Part shown: positions 11,538-20,811 of the stretch, piece after piece
Position numbering within the stretch: the stretch's first letter is position 1
Layout: each line of letters begins with the position of its first letter
From: a virus
Taxonomy: Duplodnaviria > Caudoviricetes
Direction: 5' to 3' (one strand)
DNA length: 64,000 nt
IMG/VR virus record: IMGVR_UViG_3300047545_000339
Location: 37,214 to 101,213 of that record
Translations under genes and position numbers: made by a program
Notes under the pieces: model-generated
Database searches by the model: none
What the model saw: only the letters and a program-made list of their open reading frames with translations
What the model was told of the DNA's origin: nothing

Positions 11538-12871
11538 TTACTAATAATGGCAAAGACATAATTTCTAAGTACCTTTTAGGACAGGCTCCAGCCTATGCAA
11601 CACATATATCTATTGGATGTGGAGCAACCCCATTAGATCCAACAGATCCAGAGCAGGAAGACATAGCCACAAAAAATACGATGGACTTTGAAATGACAAG
11701 AGTTCCAATTAGCTCTCGTGGATTTGTTGAAGAAGATGGAATTACAAAGGTTTCTCTTATTGCACAATTGCCTACAGAAAATAGATACGAAATTAGCGAG
11801 GTAGGTCTTTGGTCAGGTCCAAGCAATTCCTTAGCAAAAGGATTTGATAGCAGAGTAATCTTTGATTTCCAAGAAGAATGGCAGGCACATGATGTATCAG
11901 TAGATCCAATTGACTTAGTAGAAAACCTAGGGTCTGGGGGAACCATTGATGATGGTGGAAGAACTGTTTTTAGAGTAAACTCTGGAAACTCACTGCTAGA
12001 AGAGGCAGCAAGAAAGGCAAGAAAAGAGGGTCCAAGATTTTTAAATAGTTCTATTTTTATGAGGGGTGATTCATCAAATATAGAATCCTCTGATATAGAA
12101 ATAGTTTCTGCATCTGCGAATGGAACTCAGATAATATATACCGCAACAAATTCATTTGTTCAAGGAGATAAGATTACAGTTTCTTCTTCAAGCAATGAAC
12201 TTTTTGATGTTATAAATGCACAGGTTGTTTCTGCTTCTGCTGGTGGATTCACCATAAATAAAAATACAAGTGCTTCTGCATCATCTCTAGGAGGAGTAGC
12301 ATGGAAAACAGGAACTTGGTCCCCTGAAGAAGACTTAGAAGGATTTACATCAAAGCACATTCATCTTAATGGAATATCTTTGAACATTGGAAACAATAGC
12401 CCATCGGACATTTTAACCCTAGCAATAAGTCTTGTTGACAAAGACTCAGTAGGAAACGGTAATCCAGAATTTGTAAAGATTTTAGTTGAATTTTTTAGGA
12501 ATGAAATAAGTCAAGATAATGGATATGCCAAGGCAGAAATATATATTCCAGGATCAGAGTTTACAGACAGATATAAAGCAATCTCTTTTCCAATATCCAA
12601 CCTAATAACATCCCCAGACTTTTCTTCCTCAGAAGTAAGAATTGCTAGAGTTTTTTGCTATGTTGGAGTAACAGATGGGCCATCTATTGTAGGGTCTACA
12701 AATCATTATGTTTCACTAGATGGATTTAGGCTTGATAATATCTCTACAAATAATCCTCTTTATAAGATGGTGGGATACTCATCAACAAGAACAGCAGATG
12801 GATCTCCAGTAATTAAGTTTAGAAACACAAATAATTTTGTTGAATTTAGGTTCGCTGTCGGGGTTACATAA
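11534..12871 (+). CDS. Minor tail protein (tail-fibre/baseplate-type N-terminus)
   Basis: 'MITNNGK...IGCG...EISEVGL' resembles tail-collar/fibre N-terminal domains; ATGA coupling. Confidence 0.55.
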   Translation: MITNNGKDIISKYLLGQAPAYATHISIGCGATPLDPTDPEQEDIATKNTMDFEMTRVPISSRGFVEEDGITKVSLIAQLPTENRYEISEVGLWSGPSNSLAKGFDSRVIFDFQEEWQAHDVSVDPIDLVENLGSGGTIDDGGRTVFRVNSGNSLLEEAARKARKEGPRFLNSSIFMRGDSSNIESSDIEIVSASANGTQIIYTATNSFVQGDKITVSSSSNELFDVINAQVVSASAGGFTINKNTSASASSLGGVAWKTGTWSPEEDLEGFTSKHIHLNGISLNIGNNSPSDILTLAISLVDKDSVGNGNPEFVKILVEFFRNEISQDNGYAKAEIYIPGSEFTDRYKAISFPISNLITSPDFSSSEVRIARVFCYVGVTDGPSIVGSTNHYVSLDGFRLDNISTNNPLYKMVGYSSTRTADGSPVIKFRNTNNFVEFRFAVGVT

Positions 12872-13659
12872 TGTCTAAACTGATTAGAATTCCATATCAA
12901 AATCTTCCAGATATCAATGCATTAACAGAACAGTATCAAGTAAGATACAGAATAAAATCTGACGATGGAAACAGAACATCTGCTTGGTCTCCCATTTATG
13001 GAATAAATCCAAACTTTACCTTTCAAACAAACGTAGACATGGTATTTGAAAAAGAAACTGGATATACTCGTGCTGTTTGGGACCCTGTTAGAATATTAAC
13101 AGAAGATGAAAATTTTGTTAATGATTTAACTGTTTATGATATTTGGGTAAGATATAGTATTGACTTAGGAGATGCTAGAGAATGGCAGTATCAAGAAAGA
13201 GTCTTTGGAACATCTCTAAATATTTTTAAGCCACCAATGATATCAACAATAAAATATATTAGCATTGAGGTTTATAGACCAAGCGTACAAAGTGTCACCA
13301 TGAGAGCAAGAAGATTTGATGTATATCAAGATAGCGCACATATAGACTTAATTAAATACAGAATAGAGTTTGATCAAGATATAGATTTTGAAACTGGGGA
13401 AGAAATAGTTTATGAAGTAAGGCAAGAAACTGGCAATAATCCAGTAGGTGGACTATCCAACAATGGTCATTATTTTGTTAGAAGAGTAACACCTCTTGGA
13501 ATAAACACGATTCAGCTACATCCAACAAGGCAAGATGCAATTAATAATACAAATGTCATTAATTTAACATCTCATCCCAGTAGTATTGGATATTTCACTG
13601 CTGCTGACTGTACACTTTGTGATCATCTTCTTTATTCACAAGCATATCTAGGCATATAG
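12871..13659 (+). CDS. Minor tail protein, FN3-like N-terminus
   Basis: 'YQVRYRIKS.DGNRTSAWS' FN3-like motif; TAATG coupling. Confidence 0.5.
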   Translation: MSKLIRIPYQNLPDINALTEQYQVRYRIKSDDGNRTSAWSPIYGINPNFTFQTNVDMVFEKETGYTRAVWDPVRILTEDENFVNDLTVYDIWVRYSIDLGDAREWQYQERVFGTSLNIFKPPMISTIKYISIEVYRPSVQSVTMRARRFDVYQDSAHIDLIKYRIEFDQDIDFETGEEIVYEVRQETGNNPVGGLSNNGHYFVRRVTPLGINTIQLHPTRQDAINNTNVINLTSHPSSIGYFTAADCTLCDHLLYSQAYLGI

Positions 13660-13683
13660 TGGTATAATTTTATAGGAGAAATT

Positions 13684-14130
13684 ATGGCAAGAATACCAAC
13701 ACCAGACAGAGGACAGCCAATAGATGTACCATACCTATATCAGTTGGCAACTGCAGTAAACAATATTTCTGATCAAATTGATGCCTCTTCACAAAAATAT
13801 ACAACAGTATATAGTAGAGAAGCACAAAAGCAAGATCTAAGAACATCTGAAACAAAGTTTTTTGCATCATTTGCAGACCTTCCCCAGCAACTAGCAGTTA
13901 CTGCGGGAGATACAAGAGAATTTGCCTTTGACATATCCAATCTTGGATTTAAGTATCCTCCAATCGTAACTATGACACCAGTTAATACTGGAACTAGCAC
14001 GGCAAGCAATGATGTTTCTGTAACAGTTAGTTCTGTAACAACATCAAGAATAGATGGATTTGTTAGATTTAATTCAACTGGTCAAGTCGATGTAGCAGTC
14101 AATGTCATCGCCATCGGCATTCCAGAATAA
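13684..14130 (+). CDS. Putative minor tail protein
   Basis: 148 aa beta-rich, ending 'VNVIAIG'; AGGAG RBS. Confidence 0.45.
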   Translation: MARIPTPDRGQPIDVPYLYQLATAVNNISDQIDASSQKYTTVYSREAQKQDLRTSETKFFASFADLPQQLAVTAGDTREFAFDISNLGFKYPPIVTMTPVNTGTSTASNDVSVTVSSVTTSRIDGFVRFNSTGQVDVAVNVIAIGIPE

Positions 14131-14147
14131 ATGATATAATTGTCGGC

Positions 14148-14342
14148 ATGTTGAAGTGCCCAAAGTGCAAAGGAAAAGTTTTTGTTGATAGCATGTTCAA
14201 TGCACAAAATCATATTGAAACCTTTTGCATTAGATGTGGCAGAAGAAAGTTTTACCATAACTTTGGTCCAGAAGATAAGGAAGCACAGTGGCTTCTAAAA
14301 ATAGAGCAGATGAGAGCGGCAACCTCAATCTCAAGCCTGTAA
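14148..14342 (+). CDS. Zinc-ribbon protein
   Basis: CPKC...CIRC; leaderless after TGATATAAT. Confidence 0.6.
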   Translation: MLKCPKCKGKVFVDSMFNAQNHIETFCIRCGRRKFYHNFGPEDKEAQWLLKIEQMRAATSISSL

Positions 14343-14830
14343 TTAAACCAAGAACAAAGATTTGGTTTTTAAATGGAGATCTTGTTCGTGTTTTGCACAC
14401 AAGCAGGGCGGCAGGAATAATTACCCTTTTTAATAAAACAAAAGATGAAACAATGACTACAACTATTGTTGAGTTTAAAAAGAAAAGAAAAAAGGCTTTT
14501 ACAGTTAAAGAAACAGCACAGTTATTAAACTGTCATGTTAAGCATATTCCAAGATTAGTAAAACGAGGAGTCATTCCAGAACCAGTTGGTGAACTTCCTG
14601 GTGGAAAAAGAGCGTTTCACTACTTGTCATATTACTCAGAAGATACTATAATGGAGGCTAGGAGGGCCATGGCGATGATTCATCAGGGTCAGCCTAGAAA
14701 AGATGGTCTCATCACAAATAACAAAACTCCTACAGAACAAGAGTTAAGATATGCAATGGGTGATGGCATCCTTTTATATACAAGAGATGAGAATGGAAAC
14801 TTCATTCCCATCTTCTCTGAAACTATCTAA
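14288..14830 (+). CDS. Helix-turn-helix DNA-binding protein (MerR/excisionase-like)
   Basis: 'FTVKETAQLLNCHVKHIPRLVKRGVIPEP'. Confidence 0.65.
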   Translation: MASKNRADESGNLNLKPVIKPRTKIWFLNGDLVRVLHTSRAAGIITLFNKTKDETMTTTIVEFKKKRKKAFTVKETAQLLNCHVKHIPRLVKRGVIPEPVGELPGGKRAFHYLSYYSEDTIMEARRAMAMIHQGQPRKDGLITNNKTPTEQELRYAMGDGILLYTRDENGNFIPIFSETI

Positions 14831-14844
14831 AGAAAGGTATTTTT

Positions 14845-15042
14845 ATGGAGCCTACTAAGGTTCAGTGGTCACTTGGATATACCCTAAATACTGGAAATTT
14901 CCAGTCTCTTAGGCTTGATTGCCAAGTAACAGATTTTGTTCGTGATAATGAATCTACAAAGGAAGCGTCTGATCGTGTATATGCATTTGTAGAGCAGCAA
15001 CTTATTGAAAAACTAAGCGAGGCTAAGGAGGAAATGGCATGA
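14845..15042 (+). CDS. Hypothetical protein
   Basis: GAAAGG RBS, 'LGYTLNTGNFQSLRLD' motif common in actinophage small proteins. Confidence 0.6.
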   Translation: MEPTKVQWSLGYTLNTGNFQSLRLDCQVTDFVRDNESTKEASDRVYAFVEQQLIEKLSEAKEEMA

Positions 15043-15245
15043 AGGCATATGTAGCAACAGGTGAATATGCACAGTTGGTTTGTGCGTTTGATAAGAATCC
15101 AGCAAAGGCTCTTAAGAAGGCAGCAAAGAAGATTGATGAGTTGCAGAATGACAACGAGTATCTTATGCTTACTGGAGTAAACATCAACTATGATGATGAA
15201 GGATTCTACTATGTGACTGCCACTGTATCAACAGCGGTACTATAA
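15039..15245 (+). CDS. Hypothetical protein
   Basis: ATGA-coupled ORF with AGGAGG RBS. Confidence 0.55.
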   Translation: MKAYVATGEYAQLVCAFDKNPAKALKKAAKKIDELQNDNEYLMLTGVNINYDDEGFYYVTATVSTAVL

Positions 15246-15556
15246 TGGCTGATCGCAAGGAAAGGTTCGCGGTACTTAGTAGGTTTGAGAAGCATTGGAA
15301 CATAAACGGTTTTCCAAAGTTACAGATCAATAAGTACAACGAGCAATGGGCAGCAGACGCATTACTTGAATCTTTTCCGATGGAAGATATTTATGATGCC
15401 ATGACGTATTATTTTCAAGTAAATCCTCGTCCATCATGGAAAGGATTTGCCAACAACGTTGATCGTCTGCTACAATCAAAAGCAGAAAAAGAAGAAGACA
15501 TGCGACTACGCATTGAGCGCCGTGAAAAGGCAAAGGAGTGGTTAAGTGAATATTGA
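15245..15556 (+). CDS. Hypothetical protein (upstream of helicase)
   Basis: TAATG-coupled 103 aa ORF. Confidence 0.55.
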   Translation: MADRKERFAVLSRFEKHWNINGFPKLQINKYNEQWAADALLESFPMEDIYDAMTYYFQVNPRPSWKGFANNVDRLLQSKAEKEEDMRLRIERREKAKEWLSEY

Positions 15557-16763
15557 GGCTAAGACTTTATCAGCGGTACTTAATGACAAGCAGACACATG
15601 TTCTGTTGCAGGCTAATGTTGATTCTATGCTGCAAACACATAATGATGTATGGAAATTCATCCACAACTACTATGAACAAAATAAGGCTGCTCCATCCCC
15701 AACGCTTGTTAAGGAGAAGTTTCCAGATTTTGATTATATATCAGAAACAGGTGCGACTAAACATCATCTAGATGAACTGCGCCAAGAATATCTCAATGAG
15801 AGTGTCAAGGTTATGTTGCGTGATGCGGCAAACAAGGTTATGGAGGGAGATTCGCTTTCAGCACTTGATGCTTTATTGGGTGAGACAGCACGACTAAAGC
15901 AAGTTACCTCGCCTGCGCGTGACTTGGATGTGTCTAATATTGATGATGCACTAGCATATTTTGAGAACGTAAAGCGTCAGCAGGAAGCGGGTAACTACGG
16001 TATTTATACTGGAATTAAGGGCTTTGATTCCTTTATGCCGTCTGGAATTATGCCAGGAAACTTTGGCATTCTTCTCGCATATCCTGCTATTGGTAAGTCT
16101 TGGATGGCCCTATACTTTGCCGTTGCCGCATGGAAAAGGGGAAAGTCTCCACTTATTGTAAGCCTTGAGATGACTGAGACAGAGGTTCGTAATCGCATAT
16201 TTACAATTCTTGGTGAGGGTCTTTGGTCGCACAGAAAGTTATCTCGCGGTGATGTAGAGATTGATATGATGAAAAAGTGGATGAAGAAGACGTTTGACGG
16301 TATGCCACCACTTCATATTATTTCTAACGAGGGTATTGGAGAAATTAGTCCAAGTGTTCTTAGAGGAAAAATTGACCAATACAGTCCGTCAATTGTCTTT
16401 CTTGACTATCTCAATCTCATGACTAGCAATCAGCGCACAGAGAATGAAGTTGTTAAGATGAAAAACCTTAGCCGTGAATTAAAGTTGCTTGCTATTAGCG
16501 AAGAAATTCCAATCATTGCTATTTCATCTGCAACTCCAGATGATGTAACCGATATGCACAGTGTTCCAACACTTGGTCAAACATCTTGGTCACGACAAAT
16601 CGCCTATGATGCTGACTTTTTGTTGGCATTGGGAAGGGCAGCAAATAGCGATGTAGTCGAATGTGTTTTTCGTAAGTCAAGAAACGGACCACTAGGAGAC
16701 TTTTTGGTACAGGTTGATTTTGATCGCGGTATGTTTAGGGATAAAGCGTTTGATGATAACTGA
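15546..16763 (+). CDS. dnaB: DnaB-like replicative helicase
   Basis: Walker A 'AYPAIGKS', 'SLEM', 'FLDYL', 'QIAYDAD', 'KSRNG'. Confidence 0.92.
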   Translation: MNIEAKTLSAVLNDKQTHVLLQANVDSMLQTHNDVWKFIHNYYEQNKAAPSPTLVKEKFPDFDYISETGATKHHLDELRQEYLNESVKVMLRDAANKVMEGDSLSALDALLGETARLKQVTSPARDLDVSNIDDALAYFENVKRQQEAGNYGIYTGIKGFDSFMPSGIMPGNFGILLAYPAIGKSWMALYFAVAAWKRGKSPLIVSLEMTETEVRNRIFTILGEGLWSHRKLSRGDVEIDMMKKWMKKTFDGMPPLHIISNEGIGEISPSVLRGKIDQYSPSIVFLDYLNLMTSNQRTENEVVKMKNLSRELKLLAISEEIPIIAISSATPDDVTDMHSVPTLGQTSWSRQIAYDADFLLALGRAANSDVVECVFRKSRNGPLGDFLVQVDFDRGMFRDKAFDDN

Positions 16764-16787
16764 TCAATTTTATGGTATAATTGATCT

Positions 16788-17276
16788 ATGAAGATTTGTG
16801 GTAGGTGTAAAGAAAAAAAGCCGTTTTCCGAATTTGGGAAAAAGGGCAGTGGATATCAATCATACTGTATTCCATGTAGAAGAATTGCTCAAAAGGAATG
16901 GCTAGAGGCTGATCCAGAAAGAAAAAAGAAGGCAGTTCAAAGAGCAAAAAAATGGGGTATAGATAACCCAGAAAAAAGAAAAGAACATAGAAGGAAATAT
17001 ATTGAAAAATATCCAGAAAGGGTGTCTAAACAAAGGCTTAAGCAAAGGCTTAAAATATATGGATTAACTATTGAACAATATTATTCTATGCTTGATAATC
17101 AGAATAACTGTTGTGTAATATGTGAAAAAGAAAAAGACTTATGGATTGATCATAATCATATAACAGGAAAAGTTCGTGGATTGCTTTGTCCAGCATGTAA
17201 TAGCATTGTAGGATATTTAGAAACATATGGAGAAATTATCTGTGTTGCAGAAAGATACATTAAAGACTTTGAGTAA
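16788..17276 (+). CDS. Endonuclease VII-family HNH endonuclease (homing-like)
   Basis: 'CVIC...IDHNH.TGKVRGLLC..CN' plus N-terminal Zn finger; own leaderless promoter. Confidence 0.88.
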   Translation: MKICGRCKEKKPFSEFGKKGSGYQSYCIPCRRIAQKEWLEADPERKKKAVQRAKKWGIDNPEKRKEHRRKYIEKYPERVSKQRLKQRLKIYGLTIEQYYSMLDNQNNCCVICEKEKDLWIDHNHITGKVRGLLCPACNSIVGYLETYGEIICVAERYIKDFE

Positions 17277-17293
17277 GGTGGTATAATTAAAAC

Positions 17294-17578
17294 ATGGCTA
17301 GTCATAAAATATATACATTAAATAACTCTACACCAACCAGAGTCACTCCCAGACCAGTTCATTCAGGTGTTGACGTAACAGTTCAAAATCTTGATGAATC
17401 AGCATTTGTTTATGTTGGAGTAAACGATACACTTTCCACTACAAATTATGGATTTAAGGTTCTGCCCAACAGTGCTATTTCTTTTGAGTTGCCAGGAAGC
17501 GATACAATCTTCCTTATTGGTTCTGCCGCATCAGTTGAAGCAGCAGTTCTTATTATAGGTCTTGAGGAAGGCGACTAA
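17294..17578 (+). CDS. Hypothetical beta-rich protein
   Basis: 94 aa, leaderless after TGGTATAAT. Confidence 0.55.
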   Translation: MASHKIYTLNNSTPTRVTPRPVHSGVDVTVQNLDESAFVYVGVNDTLSTTNYGFKVLPNSAISFELPGSDTIFLIGSAASVEAAVLIIGLEEGD

Positions 17579-18834
17579 TGTCTAGATTTACTTATCCTGT
17601 CGGCAGTGGTGGCGGCAGTGCCTCAGCAGATATTGCTGATTTTATATTTATCAATGAAGATGAAGATAATAGCACCATGACCTTGCCAATCAACAAAGAA
17701 ATGACTATTGAAACAACAAGAGATGATGATGGCGATGCAGACATAAATATTTATTCTGCTGATGATATTTTTATTACAGCACGAGGCGATGATGTAAACA
17801 TAAGTGCGTTTAATGAAGTATCAATAGAATCTGATGACGAAAACTACACATGGACCTTTACTAATTCTGGAAATCTTGATCTCCCAGGCGATGGGTACAT
17901 TTCAAATCCATCAAGTTCTTCTGGAGACCCAAACACACCATACGTTGATACTCTTCATTTAGTTCCAGACAGTGATCTTGACAATGATCGCTATATTATT
18001 CTTGATCCAACATCTCCAAACCACATCCATATTCGTGCTGGTGGAGACATGGACAATTCCTTGGCACAACTTATTTTAGGTGGAGAAAAAGCCAATGTAT
18101 CAGTAACTGATAATTCTCATGATGTTGGTATTAGCACATATGATGCAGAAGGCGACAATTATTATGGATGGAATTTTGGAAATGATGGAGTCCTTGCTGG
18201 ACCAGCAATGGGTGGACTTATTGTTAACGGTTTGTTTGGTGCAAATGAACAAAATTTACTAATATATGGTGGGGCAAGTGGCGCTATTGTTTTAAGCGGG
18301 GAAAATGGAGAATTTCTTAATGATCCAGATATTCCAGCAAATCAAATAGCAACAATTGGCGATGTTAATACTGCTACTGATAAGGCATATATTTCTTTAT
18401 ACAGTACTGCTGACCAAGGTCCATATACAGCAAATACAATTCAGCCATTTACATACACAAACGTAGACTTTTCAAATGATATTTCTTTAGTAGAAGGATC
18501 ATTAATTACTTTTGCAAAGGCAGGAAAGTATAATCTTGCATTCTCTGCACAACTTCATCAAACAAACTCATCTGGTATTGTGAATATTTGGTTGAGAAAG
18601 AATGGCAACAATATGCCAGCAACAAATACCAAGTGCTCTATCACAGCCAATAACCCCTACTACGTTGCTGCATGGAACTTCTTCATAGATGCAGCGGCAG
18701 GAGATGACTTTGAACTTATTTGGTCTTCTGATAGCAGTCATACTGTAATAGAATACGAAGCCGCTACAGGATCTGGAGCAACAGAACATCCATCAGTTCC
18801 TTCAATTATATTGACTGTAAATGAAATATCATAA
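17578..18834 (+). CDS. Fibre/decoration-like protein with C1q/TNF-like C-terminal beta-sandwich
   Basis: Acidic beta-rich repeats; C-terminal 'ITFAKAGKYNLAFSAQL...NIWLRKNG'. Confidence 0.45.
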   Translation: MSRFTYPVGSGGGSASADIADFIFINEDEDNSTMTLPINKEMTIETTRDDDGDADINIYSADDIFITARGDDVNISAFNEVSIESDDENYTWTFTNSGNLDLPGDGYISNPSSSSGDPNTPYVDTLHLVPDSDLDNDRYIILDPTSPNHIHIRAGGDMDNSLAQLILGGEKANVSVTDNSHDVGISTYDAEGDNYYGWNFGNDGVLAGPAMGGLIVNGLFGANEQNLLIYGGASGAIVLSGENGEFLNDPDIPANQIATIGDVNTATDKAYISLYSTADQGPYTANTIQPFTYTNVDFSNDISLVEGSLITFAKAGKYNLAFSAQLHQTNSSGIVNIWLRKNGNNMPATNTKCSITANNPYYVAAWNFFIDAAAGDDFELIWSSDSSHTVIEYEAATGSGATEHPSVPSIILTVNEIS

Positions 18835-18851
18835 TCCTGTATAATTAGGGT

Positions 18852-19190
18852 ATGAAAAACTTCATACATAAATCTATAAAACGTTTCCATTTAGATGGAC
18901 AGATTTATGATGATGCTTTAATTCCAAGATTACAACTTGAATATATAAAAATAATCAACACTCAGATGCAATTGCAAGGATATGCACCAAGGCTAGATAT
19001 TGACCCACAGTTCACAATATCATATAATGGAAACTCATACGATTTTATTTTATCGGTTTACGGTACTTTTGTAGGGAAAAGGAATGCAGAATGGATAGAA
19101 GGTTTGGACGGCAGCAAGCCAATATATATACAGCAGAGCAAGTCAAAAGAATCCTCAATGGATCAGGAATCTCAATCGAATCAGAAGTAG
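18852..19190 (+). CDS. Hypothetical protein
   Basis: 112 aa, leaderless after TATAAT. Confidence 0.55.
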   Translation: MKNFIHKSIKRFHLDGQIYDDALIPRLQLEYIKIINTQMQLQGYAPRLDIDPQFTISYNGNSYDFILSVYGTFVGKRNAEWIEGLDGSKPIYIQQSKSKESSMDQESQSNQK

Positions 19191-20035
19191 ATTCAGACTT
19201 TATTGTTTTTTGTCCATTTCATAATAACTATAGAACCCCTGCTGGAGAAGTTTCAAAAGAGAGAGGAACATTCTTTTGCTTCTCCTGTCAAACATCAAAA
19301 TCCCTTGTAGAGTTTGTTATGTTTGTTACTCAAAAAAGTTACTTTGAATCGCTAAGATTTATTGAATCATCTTCAACAGAATCTGATATTGTTGATGTGA
19401 TTGATAAGGCATTGGTAAAAGAGCCAGAATGGAAACCCTTTGACGAGATATTAATTCGTAGACTACATGCTCAGGCATTAGATTCCCCAAGAGCAATGAG
19501 ATATTACGAAGGAAGAAGAATATCAGAAAATTCAGTTAATAAGTTTTTATTAGGATATTCTGATAATCAAGATATGGTTATAATACCAATGCACAACACG
19601 GATGGATCAGTCTTAGTTGGATTTGTTGCAAGGTCAGTAGAGGGAAAAGATTTTAAGAATACCCCCAACCTACCAAAATCTAGAATTTTGTTTAATCTTC
19701 ATCGTGTAAAGAAGTATGACACGGTATATGTAGTCGAATCATCTTTTGATGCTATTAGACTAGATCAAAATGGTATTCCAGCAGTAGCAACGCTAGGAGC
19801 CAATGTTTCAAAAAATCAAACAGAGTTATTGACAAAACACTTCAACAATGTTATAGTTGTAGGAGATAACGATGATGCTGGAAAGGGAATGCAGGACAAG
19901 ATTCTAGATCGTCTAGGAAGTCGTGCTACACTTATCACTATTCCGTCACGATTCAAGGATATTGGAGACATGACGGATGAAGATATACAGAAGTTAAATA
20001 CAAAAATATCAGATCCACTATTTTCATTATTATAA
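19091..20035 (+). CDS. dnaG: DNA primase (CHC2 Zn finger + TOPRIM)
   Basis: 'CPFH...FCFSC', 'VVESSFDAI', 'GDNDDAG'. Confidence 0.92.
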   Translation: MDRRFGRQQANIYTAEQVKRILNGSGISIESEVDSDFIVFCPFHNNYRTPAGEVSKERGTFFCFSCQTSKSLVEFVMFVTQKSYFESLRFIESSSTESDIVDVIDKALVKEPEWKPFDEILIRRLHAQALDSPRAMRYYEGRRISENSVNKFLLGYSDNQDMVIIPMHNTDGSVLVGFVARSVEGKDFKNTPNLPKSRILFNLHRVKKYDTVYVVESSFDAIRLDQNGIPAVATLGANVSKNQTELLTKHFNNVIVVGDNDDAGKGMQDKILDRLGSRATLITIPSRFKDIGDMTDEDIQKLNTKISDPLFSLL

Positions 20036-20044
20036 GGAGAAAAA

Positions 20045-20728
20045 ATGAGTATTATGAAGGGACTAAAGGCCATGGAACAGGCCATTGATAAGCCCAAGGC
20101 AGCCGCAGAGTCAGGTGGCATGAAGGTTCGCTGGCTCAAGTTGGAGGATGGTCAATCAGCAAAGGTTCGTTTTATCAACGAACTAGACGAGGATTCACCA
20201 AACTATAATGAATCACGAGATGTTGCAATCGTGGTTTCAGAACACACTAATCCAAAGGATTACAAGCGCAAGGCTGTCTGTACACAGGAAAGTGAAGGAC
20301 GATGCTTTGGATGCGAGATGGCTCGCAAGGAAACAATGGAAGATAGGAAGCGTGGAGGATCGTGGAGACCACGACTACGCTTCTATACAAATCTTCTGGT
20401 TGACGATGGTCTAGAAGATCCATACGTGGCTGTTTGGTCACAGGGTGTGGGAAAGCAGTCTGCTTTTAATTCTATTCGGGAATATGCTCTAGATACAGGA
20501 AGCGTCAGCAATCTAACATGGAGGCTCAAGCGTCAGGGTACAGGAACAGATACAACATATGTTCTTCTTCCTACGGCTCCAGATTCTGAGCCATTTGATT
20601 GGCCTAGCATTGATCCTTTCAATCTAGAAAAGGTTGTTAGGGAAGTTCCTTACGCAGAGCAGGAGGCATTCTATCTTGGATTCGATGCCCCAACAGGCTC
20701 TTCTTCATCTACCAATATTGACTGGTAG
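20045..20728 (+). CDS. Single-stranded DNA-binding protein (gp32-like)
   Basis: Between primase and polymerase; His/Cys Zn motif; acidic/aromatic tail 'SSSTNIDW'. Confidence 0.75.
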   Translation: MSIMKGLKAMEQAIDKPKAAAESGGMKVRWLKLEDGQSAKVRFINELDEDSPNYNESRDVAIVVSEHTNPKDYKRKAVCTQESEGRCFGCEMARKETMEDRKRGGSWRPRLRFYTNLLVDDGLEDPYVAVWSQGVGKQSAFNSIREYALDTGSVSNLTWRLKRQGTGTDTTYVLLPTAPDSEPFDWPSIDPFNLEKVVREVPYAEQEAFYLGFDAPTGSSSSTNIDW

Positions 20729-20734
20729 TTAACT

Positions 20735-20787
20735 AGTGGGGGAGGGCAATCCAACTGCAATAAATTTATAGCAGGCTCTCCCCCACT
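20735..20787 (+). promoter_or_regulatory. Stem-loop between ssb and dnaE
   Basis: AGTGGGGGAG (20735) / CTCCCCCACT (to 20787), 10-bp perfect stem with inner CTGC/GCAG. Confidence 0.55.
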
Positions 20788-20811
20788 CTTATAATAATAG
20801 AAAGGAATATT

